Of a stretch of DNA of 64,000 nucleotides, positions 13,059 to 24,220 are shown in pieces (the first letter of the stretch is position 1; each line of letters begins with the position of its first letter). The position numbers and the translations under genes were made by a program. This stretch comes from Paraphysomonas bandaiensis (lineage: Eukaryota; Protista; Chrysophyceae): NCBI GenBank assembly GCA_965644295.1, contig CBFFRP010000432.1, forward strand, positions 310,001 through 374,000, written 5' to 3'. Below the pieces are notes generated by a model. That model made no database searches and was not told where the DNA came from. It saw nothing but the letters and a program-made list of their open reading frames with translations.

Positions 13059-15977
13059 ATGGGTGGAATAAAAGATATGTCAGTGAGTGTATGGGTACCT
13101 CCAGAACGCATACAGAGCTCTGCGAAACGTAACATACTCTGTGAAATATGTCATGAGGCCATCTCATTCTGCTCATCACTAGATGCGATGTGCTCTATAT
13201 GTAATGTTGTTGCTCATGTTAACTGTTTGAGTAAAAAACAAAGACGGAATAAGTATCGAAACAGATGGATATGTACGACATAACACTTACAGTACGCTCC
13301 CATGTGATGTATGTATGTGTGTATACAGGTATTGACTGCAGAGATGATCTTGACTATAGCAAGGAGCAGTACATTGCTTCTCGGCAGCAGGGACACTACG
13401 AGGTGTGGTTTATGGTATTGTTGTATATAATGGGATTATATGTGTGGTATATTGCAGAGTGTGGCATACACGTCTCAGCAAGTGATTGCCAAGACCTGGA
13501 GACGCTACCGTTTGAGGACATTGTATAAACGTACCCTGAAGTATGTTGTACGCCTACAAGGTTTGATGGAATATGCTGCTTAATATTCTCGTGAGAATAG
13601 TGTGGTATGCCAGGTCTAGCGCGAATGATTCATCGCAAAAATATGCTGATGAAATATCGCAAGCTACTTCTGCGCCCCCTGGGAGTGAAAGTTATTTGTG
13701 GGGCTCAAATTGGAAATGGATCGGTAAGTTGATTTTATTAAGTGGAAAGTGAAGGCTTACCATCCCTGTGATGCAATTGCTGGTCGGACATCTCTACTTT
13801 GTGACTGTAATGTATATAACCGAGGGGTTTGTGTTTATTCATAGGCCTACGACACTTCAGTCTATATATCCACGTCACAGACCCAATGTAGTACAAGTCA
13901 GATATGGCTGAAGCACACCGATGTGGTTCAGTCGACCTGTCAACCGTTCTACGGCGAGGAGTTTCTTTTACCGGGGATCAATGGCGAACAAACTGTATGT
14001 ACACTTTATGTTGCGCCGTTGCTTTACGTCTGATTGCTGTGCAGCTTGTATTTACGGTAGTGGGGCTTACAGGCCAAAAGCGTCGGTTCTTGGGTCAAGC
14101 CGTGCTTGATATGGCATTGAGAGGTCTCTGGAGAAAAGGTGGCAAGTTTATGCTTCCATTGCGGTCCGTTCAGGTAATGCTCCCATATTACGGTTCACTT
14201 GGGATCACTAAGTGATACTACTTTGCCACTGGTTGGTGCCTAACTGATTTGCTCAGTATATTCTCCAAGAAAAAGGTGTTAATATGTGTTTGGACTACGC
14301 AACTGTTGAGCCAACTGGAATCCTTGAGGTAAGAATAGCTCTGGCCACCACTATAGTTATAAACGTGTAATGAACTTCTTGGCAAAATAGGTGAATGTTA
14401 CTCCTCTGATGGCGTTGGACAATTTTTGCGGAAAAGTATACGGCCCTTCGTAAGTACACACTAGTATACTTATGTCACGTATTTTATCTTTTTTGTATTG
14501 TTTCGTGATATATATTTAATTGTTTTGACTTAGGTTAACCAGTCTACATACTGCTTTTCGAAATAGATCTACTCAAGCACAGATGAAACACCCTGGTTAG
14601 TATATTGCTTAATGGGACTATACCAGTAACTGTTTCATTCAGATTACAAACCCAAGTTTGGCGAGGGATGTAGTGTAGAAGCGAGACAGATTCACAAGGC
14701 ATCACTGTGGCTGGTTCTCTCATGTAGAAGACTCCATCTGTATGATGGGTAAGTTGGCCTTGTAGTAGATGTGCTTGTCGCTACGTACCTAACAATCACG
14801 GTCCATTGTTCCATGTATTTAGCTGTGGAAATACTAATTACATTTCAGAATTGGAGAGCCATGTCGAATGATAATCGATTTGAAACACGTCCGTATTCAA
14901 ATCAAGTGTCGTTATGAAACCTTAGAGTATGTATTATATTGCATTGCCTTATCAACACAATGTATTTACAAACCTAACCAGGTTTGAGATAAATATTGAA
15001 GGGTTTCCACCGCTAAAGTTTGCTTGTGCCGACAATGTTGATCAAGGTAGATTCAAGGTGAGCAATTGAGGTTTCCAAGTGTGAACTCGTAAATTGCCTT
15101 CTAGGCTGCGATATTAAGTGCTTGGAGAAAAGCGACCTTACAGCGCTTCGAAATGGGAACCTTGGTTAGTGACCTAGTTCACATCAGAAATATGCAAGTG
15201 CTTTCTGAGGCGAATAAACCCAACAAAGACAGTAAGCCGGTATATGATGACCAAAGCTCAAGTGCGCAAAGCTATGAGAGCAAGAGAAAGGCATCGTCAT
15301 TTCTTCCAATGATTTCTCAAAAATATCCCAACATTGGCATGACACATGTAGGACCCATTGAAGCCACTGTTAGGACACACGAGTATAACAGATCCCAATC
15401 CAATATTAGGAAGCCCCGTAGTCAACTTTCTGCGAACGCAAACACTGAAATTTCTGGTATATGTGCAGGTCCAACAAATTTGCCACGATTGCCGAAATGC
15501 AATCGAAACAACATGTCTCTTGAGACACGTGCACAGAAAGATGATATTCATACAAGTCGTCCCGATGATGCAAGAAAGACTCAGGAAAGGAATAGAAGAG
15601 TAAATAACCCATCTGGACAGTTGAAGGGAAATCGATTGAGTTCTTTGGAAAATGTTGATGCAACATCAGGACCATCGGAGTTACCCTGTGAATCGACTTC
15701 TGCTGCAGGTTGTAAGTGGTCACCACAAGTATCACCTGCTGTTCGAGCCACTACAGAATTCATGTGGTCATCTATGAGCACACCTTTACTGCCACCCGCT
15801 TCACACGCTATATCACCGGCTGTGTCTCGCGCCACTACACCGGAGCAGCTTAATGATATTCCTGTGGACACGTTTGAAAACCAAAAGCTATGCTCGAGTT
15901 ATCTGAGTCCTGCCCTCCTTATGGTCAAAAGTGAGAAACCCTGTTCTAACAATGTTCGAAGGTTACCTATATTTTAA
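13059..15977 (+). CDS. Multi-exon protein: PHD-type zinc finger, IQ motifs, C2-like, PH-like and disordered tail
   Basis: The spliced N-terminus gives CEIC...CSICNVVAHVNC...WICIDC (C4HC3). IQ-like QQVIAKTWRRY and VRLQGLARM follow, then C2-like QPFYGEEF...LVFTVV...FLGQAVL. The last exon is the 15153-15977 ORF. Confidence 0.6.
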
Positions 15978-16467
15978 CGCTCCCTTATTAGGGATAGTTG
16001 TGCATTCGTGGCACATAATGCTACACTTATATATTTGAATTTTCTTCTGCAGTGCGTGTGGAATGTATTTTGTCGTTGAAGTTGTTCACCTTATACAGTT
16101 GTCTTGAGAGCAAAGACGTACTACATATACTGTGATGTATTTATAACGGATTTCACAGACTTTTAGAATTGCATAGTAGGTATTACAATTATATCATATG
16201 ACTATGGCGTGATTTACTTAACGTTAATAAAAGTCGGAGGAAGGCGATGGCCATGCCAAATGATCTGAAACAGACCAACAAATTTGCTATTATCTTTACG
16301 TTTGTATTTTATCTATCTAGACTCTTTCTAGCATATATGTATCTTGTATTTAGTATTTACTCCTTAAAACGTTGTATTTGATATTTTACTATAGGCATTA
16401 TAATTATCACAACTATTACCTATAATATACGTAACAATTAAGTGATAATAGTGTGAATCAGACTTCC

Positions 16468-17700
16468 TCAAAGATACAGAATTGCTTGGCAAACCCAGAC
16501 AACAACCAACACGACACGGTTGCATAGGCTGATGCTGTGGGAAATACTGGGGGGGGGAAATTGTGGAGCGTTACCAGGCCGCATAATCAAGATGAACATA
16601 TCATAGGTCTGAACCTGCAACTCAGCCTCATTCCAGCGCGAAATTAGTTTACCTTGATTTAGCAGAGCTTGCATGTATTGCAAAGGAGAGGGGGACCCAA
16701 GTATCATTTGTTGTGCCGCTGGCTGCATGTGAGGACTGTACGTGGGTGTCACAGGTGGTTCAGGAGTTGGTACAAGAGTGGTAGATGTAGTTGATACGCT
16801 ACGCTGCAGCTGCGCTCTTGTTCTTTTACTCCTCATGCATCCGAACAATATCTGTTTTCAACGGAATTTCGATTTCTTCTTGCTTGGTAAGTCATCACCA
16901 GTCCTACCTTGTTACCCTCCACTTTATCTCTACCTTCTTCTGGTCGACAAGCATAACGGCAATCTGTTTGTTTGTCTCATAGCAGCTGTATACTTTGCTT
17001 TTGCCTTGCGCTTACGCTTATCATGGTGACGCACTGTAAGTGTGAAAACAAGCGGCCTTGCGGACCATATCGTTCGTCTTGCTAGTATCCCTAAGCGCTG
17101 CAAGTTGTCCTCTAACAATGGGTTAAAAACACAACACTGAGGTGGCCCTGCTCATCCTTGTTCGGTCCACGCTTTGAACCCCAAAAGAAAACGTCAAGAT
17201 GTTCATCAGTAGATGAACTCGCATTTGGTCAGTGTCAACGACTTTATCAAACAAATAGTCCAATTTGAGCACATGCTTACTAATCCACCCCATAAAATAA
17301 CATCTTTGCTGTCGACATTCCAAAGCACGATGTCGTAGTGAGACCTGGAGCACTATGTCCGAAGGTAGCATAAGATGTTCGATGTGCGGCCATGGACAGG
17401 TGACCTGATGCTATATCAGGATCTATATACATGCTCTCCAGTTAATTTGCAACGAAATGATGAATCGCATATCTATCTTCCACGTCTCACAATCTTATGT
17501 TGTTTATGTTTCATCATCATCAAAGGAAGTGGCCGCTGTATTCATCGTGTGGAGCATTAGGAGCTTATCCAGGAGCTTGTCCCGCTATCTGATGATCTGA
17601 TCGTTATGGTACAAGAGGTGTAGAAGATGTGTTCCACTAGCTCTTCCTGAGAACTCCTACTGGAGTACATATCTAGAGTATTCCAATACGAATCCAACTC
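16468..17700 (-). pseudogene. Fragmented coding relic directly upstream of the 50-bp array
   Basis: Chain of short minus-strand ORFs (16468-16848, 16930-17118, 17123-17371) broken by stops or frameshifts, with no convincing splice pattern. Confidence 0.25.
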
Positions 17701-17800
17701 ACTCATAACTTTAATATATATAAATATATATATCTGCTACATGCGCATATCATGGAGGACATACTGCTGTATATGTGCAGTCCATATCAAAATATATACT

Positions 17801-17844
17801 GCTGTATACACGGCTGTATACACGGCTGTATACACGGCTGTATA
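17801..17844. repeat. 12-bp minisatellite (gctgtatacacg) x3.7
   Basis: Read directly from the sequence. Confidence 0.9.
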
Positions 17845-17981
17845 TGCATACAAGATAATTCTCTATTTCAAAAATCAGATACGGGATACACCCAGCACAT
17901 ACATAGATGAGCACCTACATACATACATACACACACATACAACACCCAACAACATTTCAAATAATTTTGTATATCACTCAA

Positions 17982-20207
17982 AATAGCTGACTAGTGTGAT
18001 GGAAGTGAGCTTGTTATTACCGGGTTACAGCAATAGCTGACTAGTGTGATGGAAGTGAGCTTGTTATTACCGGGTTACAGCAATAGCTGACTAGTGTGAT
18101 GGAAGTGAGCTTGTTATTACCGGGTTACAGCAATAGCTGACTAGTGTGATGGAAGTGAGCTTGTTATTACCGGGTTACAGCAATAGCTGACTAGTGTGAT
18201 GGAAGTGAGCTTGTTATTACCGGGTTACAGCAATAGCTGACTAGTGTGATGGAAGTGAGCTTGTTATTACCGGGTTACAGCAATAGCTGACTAGTGTGAT
18301 GGAAGTGAGCTTGTTATTACCGGGTTACAGCAATAGCTGACTAGTGTGATGGAAGTGAGCTTGTTATTACCGGGTTACAGCAATAGCTGACTAGTGTGAT
18401 GGAAGTGAGCTTGTTATTACCGGGTTACAGCAATAGCTGACTAGTGTGATGGAAGTGAGCTTGTTATTACCGGGTTACAGCAATAGCTGACTAGTGTGAT
18501 GGAAGTGAGCTTGTTATTACCGGGTTACAGCAATAGCTGACTAGTGTGATGGAAGTGAGCTTGTTATTACCGGGTTACAGCAATAGCTGACTAGTGTGAT
18601 GGAAGTGAGCTTGTTATTACCGGGTTACAGCAATAGCTGACTAGTGTGATGGAAGTGAGCTTGTTATTACCGGGTTACAGCAATAGCTGACTAGTGTGAT
18701 GGAAGTGAGCTTGTTATTACCGGGTTACAGCAATAGCTGACTAGTGTGATGGAAGTGAGCTTGTTATTACCGGGTTACAGCAATAGCTGACTAGTGTGAT
18801 GGAAGTGAGCTTGTTATTACCGGGTTACAGCAATAGCTGACTAGTGTGATGGAAGTGAGCTTGTTATTACCGGGTTACAGCAATAGCTGACTAGTGTGAT
18901 GGAAGTGAGCTTGTTATTACCGGGTTACAGCAATAGCTGACTAGTGTGATGGAAGTGAGCTTGTTATTACCGGGTTACAGCAATAGCTGACTAGTGTGAT
19001 GGAAGTGAGCTTGTTATTACCGGGTTACAGCAATAGCTGACTAGTGTGATGGAAGTGAGCTTGTTATTACCGGGTTACAGCAATAGCTGACTAGTGTGAT
19101 GGAAGTGAGCTTGTTATTACCGGGTTACAGCAATAGCTGACTAGTGTGATGGAAGTGAGCTTGTTATTACCGGGTTACAGCAATAGCTGACTAGTGTGAT
19201 GGAAGTGAGCTTGTTATTACCGGGTTACAGCAATAGCTGACTAGTGTGATGGAAGTGAGCTTGTTATTACCGGGTTACAGCAATAGCTGACTAGTGTGAT
19301 GGAAGTGAGCTTGTTATTACCGGGTTACAGCAATAGCTGACTAGTGTGATGGAAGTGAGCTTGTTATTACCGGGTTACAGCAATAGCTGACTAGTGTGAT
19401 GGAAGTGAGCTTGTTATTACCGGGTTACAGCAATAGCTGACTAGTGTGATGGAAGTGAGCTTGTTATTACCGGGTTACAGCAATAGCTGACTAGTGTGAT
19501 GGAAGTGAGCTTGTTATTACCGGGTTACAGCAATAGCTGACTAGTGTGATGGAAGTGAGCTTGTTATTACCGGGTTACAGCAATAGCTGACTAGTGTGAT
19601 GGAAGTGAGCTTGTTATTACCGGGTTACAGCAATAGCTGACTAGTGTGATGGAAGTGAGCTTGTTATTACCGGGTTACAGCAATAGCTGACTAGTGTGAT
19701 GGAAGTGAGCTTGTTATTACCGGGTTACAGCAATAGCTGACTAGTGTGATGGAAGTGAGCTTGTTATTACCGGGTTACAGCAATAGCTGACTAGTGTGAT
19801 GGAAGTGAGCTTGTTATTACCGGGTTACAGCAATAGCTGACTAGTGTGATGGAAGTGAGCTTGTTATTACCGGGTTACAGCAATAGCTGACTAGTGTGAT
19901 GGAAGTGAGCTTGTTATTACCGGGTTACAGCAATAGCTGACTAGTGTGATGGAAGTGAGCTTGTTATTACCGGGTTACAGCAATAGCTGACTAGTGTGAT
20001 GGAAGTGAGCTTGTTATTACCGGGTTACAGCAATAGCTGACTAGTGTGATGGAAGTGAGCTTGTTATTACCGGGTTACAGCAATAGCTGACTAGTGTGAT
20101 GGAAGTGAGCTTGTTATTACCGGGTTACAGCAATAGCTGACTAGTGTGATGGAAGTGAGCTTGTTATTACCGGGTTACAGCAATAGCTGACTAGTGTGAT
20201 GGAAGTG
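17982..20207. repeat. Homogeneous 50-bp tandem array, 44.5 copies
   Basis: Unit caatagctgactagtgtgatggaagtgagcttgttattaccgggttacag is repeated with no variant seen by eye. No ORF. Confidence 0.98.
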
Positions 20208-20688
20208 TATATTGAATAATATAGTGTTACTAAGTTGTTACTAAGTGTGAATAGAAGTAAGTGTTACTAAGTGTCGAAAGGTTATGTAAGTGTTACGTTG
20301 TATCGAATGTTAGTTAATGGTAAAAATGAAACAAACTAAGACTAAGGAACAGATAGCAAAAATATACTAAGTAGAAACAAACAATGCAGGAAGAAGTGTT
20401 AAGTCAGCCGACGGAAATGAATTGGTTTCAGTGAGCTGGTCATGATACCGTGATGTCTCCAGTTCGGCTGTTCGAGCTGCCACATGCTGCTGCTCGTTTA
20501 AAGTATCCATTCTCTTGCGGCGAATATTAGTAACGATTTGAATCATTTCATCCAGTGTATCTGGACAAGTAAGAGCATGCAATGTCTGATAGAAGGGATC
20601 AGGACTGCGGTCTTCCATGATCGAACACTCTGCAGGATCGAACACTCTGCAGGATTGTAAAAGGCAAGGGAGTAAAATCTTCCTCAAG

Positions 20689-20750
20689 CTCCAGAGCGCA
20701 AGTAAAACTCCAGGATTGTCAGGCAAGGGAGTTTTACTTGCGCTCTGGAG
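20689..20750. repeat. Perfect 23-bp hairpin with 16-nt loop
   Basis: ctccagagcgcaagtaaaactcc (20689-20711) pairs with ggagttttacttgcgctctggag (20728-20750). Confidence 0.9.
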
Positions 20751-21245
20751 TTTATTCTGGATACGAGTGTATGGATGGGAGTTCTATGAGGTCTACTGGG
20801 ATCCCCTTCGCGCTAACAAGAACAAAAGCGTCGTTTTTCATCGTCTTGTCTAAAAAAATATTCCGCAGAAGCCAATCAGAAATGGAGCATGCCAATAAAG
20901 AAGTGTCACTCCAGACAACACTCACTGTGAGGATACGAATCTTAGTCGTGATGATAACCCTGACTTGATTGCAGTGAAGTTGTGATTGTATAGTAATCGC
21001 AAATGCTATGCGGCTGACTAAAGTGTGACGTCGAACAGAACATTGAAGTATTGGCAGGCACTGGTATATGAACAGCGTTTTGGAACTCCAAGAAGCAGAT
21101 TAGGGATGGTTTGAGGGAGCAAGATACCATCATCCAGCTGAAATCTTGATGTCATGTTGCAGAAACCGCAACTTCAATTTTGAAGTAGCGAATGCCACGC
21201 ACTTAGATAGTGATTTCTTGGAATTCCAATAAGGCAACAATTCTG

Positions 21246-21407
21246 TCTGTGGGAATAAGATCAAGCAGAATATGTCGATCCAGCAAAAAAATCCAGGCTT
21301 TTTTGATGCATGTTGTTTTTTGACGAATATATTTCAGAGAAATAACGAAAAAAGGTCGATTTTTTTGCTGGATCGACTATTCTGCTGGATCGACTTATTC
21401 CCACAGA
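21246..21407. mobile_element. MITE/fold-back element (~162 bp) with ~45-bp imperfect terminal inverted repeats
   Basis: tctgtgggaataag...gtcgatccagcaaaaaaatc at the left end pairs with gatttttttgctggatcgac...cttattcccacaga at the right end. The outer 14 bp are perfect. No clear TSD. Confidence 0.65.
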
Positions 21408-22694
21408 GTCGGACGGATTTTGAGAGAGCGAACACACTGTGAATCGTGCCATTATTAACTGTGAGTTCGTATAGCAAGCTTCATTACTATGCGGGAGAGC
21501 TATTGTAAAGGTTTATGCCTCATTATCGTCAAAATGAGCGTGACAAGTGGGTTCCCGTGACCTGTAGAAAAGCGGAGAGTGTATGTCTCGAGGTTATTGA
21601 AGACGACGCAACCAAGCAGAATGCCTATTAGTATTGGAGGGGAGTAAAGCATTTAAAATGCGCAGAGAAAGTTCAGTCCGAGTACGTCGTTGATTCATGT
21701 GCTGATTTACAGCATGAAACCGTGTTTGAAATGGAAAAAGAAGACCATGCAGGTGAGGTAGTGGAAATGCTCGACTTACTGAGCAATGCTCTCAGTCGTG
21801 GTAAAAAGAGAAATAATGCATCAGAAATGGCTTTAAGCTCCAGAGACTCCCGGCTAGTGTCAGGTAATAAGTAGTGGTTATAGAGACTAGAGTAGTAGAG
21901 TGTGTAGCTGGAGTACTATTGGGCTGTTGAGTAATAATCAGTTCATTCATTGGGGTACAGTTATTGCTTTTCTGTTACATGCGCAAGCAATAATGAGAAC
22001 TAGATGGTGTACTGTAATGAACTATATAAGATTAGGTGAAATTTATATATGCTCAAGATTTGTCGTTAATTTGCAGCAAACGCATGCATGTGTATGTGAG
22101 CTTGTTATTACCGGGTTACAATGGTATTCTAGTTTATAGTTGTTGATAGTGTACTGTAATGTTTGTTTTTTTAGTTAAGGACGTAGTCACTTATAAAGTT
22201 TTAAGATGTAAACACAAGCTACAAATATGTTCGAAAGAGTCTAGATAGATAAAATAGAAAACATTAAGATAATTGCAAGTTTGTTTCCCTCTTTTAGACC
22301 ATTTGACATGGTCACCGCCTTTCTCCGACTTCAAATACCTCTTTCAGAATCTTATCGAGAATTTGGAATTGGGTTGACATAAGAAGAGATATGTAGTTTT
22401 TTGGACTCTCCGAAATCAAGCGACATAACAGACATTTAGTTGTAGTGAGTATGACATTTGATGTATTTTATATTTTATTCATCATATGTACGGTTGTATC
22501 TCTATTTGACCTCATGGATGTTTCATACTCGGGTCAACAGAAGCTCTCTTCAATCTTTATTATGATCTTGACAGTTATATGTACATGACTTCAATTATAG
22601 AGAAATTACAATGACGAGTCAAGGAGCCAACTATCAAAAGCAAATCATCAACCAGTTGTATTCCATCTTTCTTCTGATGTGGAAGATTATAATG

Positions 22695-22969
22695 ATGTCA
22701 GTTCAAGCGGCCTCCTCAACAAAGTCGGTCTCGCACCTTTTCGTGGTGTTATGGGGGATAAGTACCGGAAATATTTGTGATTTGTGTGACTACCAAATGC
22801 TTGTGTGGTACAAGAGGGACACTAATATATAGGTGTCAATTGTGTAGACGTCGTTGGGCTCTGACGAATAAGTTAGGATATCAGAGTTATGCACTAGTTA
22901 GTTAAATTGCAATGCTAAAGTAGTTCTGACTCTTTAAACCAATTGCCAGTAATATCACATACACTACAG
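22695..22969. repeat. Copy 2 of the degraded dispersed repeat family
   Basis: Aligns with 10288-10494 and 10709-10760. Its 3' part (tcagagtta...aaattgcaatgcta...gactctt) aligns with 29631-29717. Confidence 0.75.
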
Positions 22970-24220
22970 TGCAAGCGATCATTCTTCATAAATTCAAATT
23001 AGGTGCCCTAGCAGAGGTTAAGCGTGTTGTATATAACTATGATGATGCTAATCAGAGCAATAAGAAGCCTTGTGCGACTATAACGCATGTACGATTTTCA
23101 ACACTTCGCAACTGCTATTCTCAGTATCCATCTATGGTAGGAGCACATTATTTATCGCAGCTATTATAAATTTCGGGTTTATTGTTTTGAATTGATCTAG
23201 CGCAATTGCTATTTCCTAAGCATACAGTATTATATCATGGATTTGAAATAATAGTTTGTTTTCTTAATGTTCATCAGGGAACACATGTTTCTTCTTACAG
23301 CAAGCAAGCTACAAATAGCTACACACTCGAGATATTAGGCTTTCAATAGCATTAGGATAAGCTGCAATTTGACCTATGGATAAGGAGTATCGTCCCTTTT
23401 CTAGATTTTAAAACTAGGGCGATATAGTCTCCTTACTACCTGTGGTTACATACAAGTATATTCAACCGCTACTGCGACATGAAACACTCACTAATGTACA
23501 CTATAAATAACACAGGGAAGAAATACTGCTCTGCTCCGTAGGTTTCTGATGGGTTGATTAGAAGTAAGACCCAGCAATTAAGACTATCAAGTGGGTGAAT
23601 GTATGTATATATAATCTAATCCACTGGCTGTCAGATCGTTATCAGCTCTTGTCGCAATTGTCGTATACATGGATGCTGTTGACTGTTGATTGTTTACCAA
23701 GTATGAATATCGTCTTTATGATATGATAGATACACTTGTAGGAGGCGATACGATGATGCTGCCATATGATCTAGATACCCATGTGCGTCATATGCTAGAA
23801 ACAGCAGAGATGATGTATGCCTACAGGCTATAGGCTACACTACACTGCTTCGTACTATGTATATGTATGTACAGCAATGTACAGAGAGAAGTTTACACTG
23901 TATTCCGGTATTCTTTGTTCAGTATGGACACGAATACTATTCATACTACAGCTGTATCCCCTACACAGACACTATACGGGACTCCTGTATATATATACGT
24001 ACAGAGATATAGAGAGAGCAGAGGATCAGTCAGTCACATGGATCCAAACAACAGGCACACTCATACTCATTTTAAGACTATCATTCCTTTCAATTGAATC
24101 ATTTTCTATTCGATAATCAATACATCCCATGAAGGATATCATGTACCGTCATAACACACGCCTGTTAATCTAATCAGAGCTCTGGATTTCTATTGATTCC
24201 TGTGGATATCATCCATACAA

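Noticed and set aside
17982-20207. CRISPR array
   Set aside because: All intervening blocks are identical, there are no cas genes, and the context is eukaryotic. Treated as a tandem satellite.
17982-20207. Telomeric repeat (contains gggtta)
   Set aside because: Only one gggtta per 50-bp unit, and the array is internal with unique DNA on both sides.
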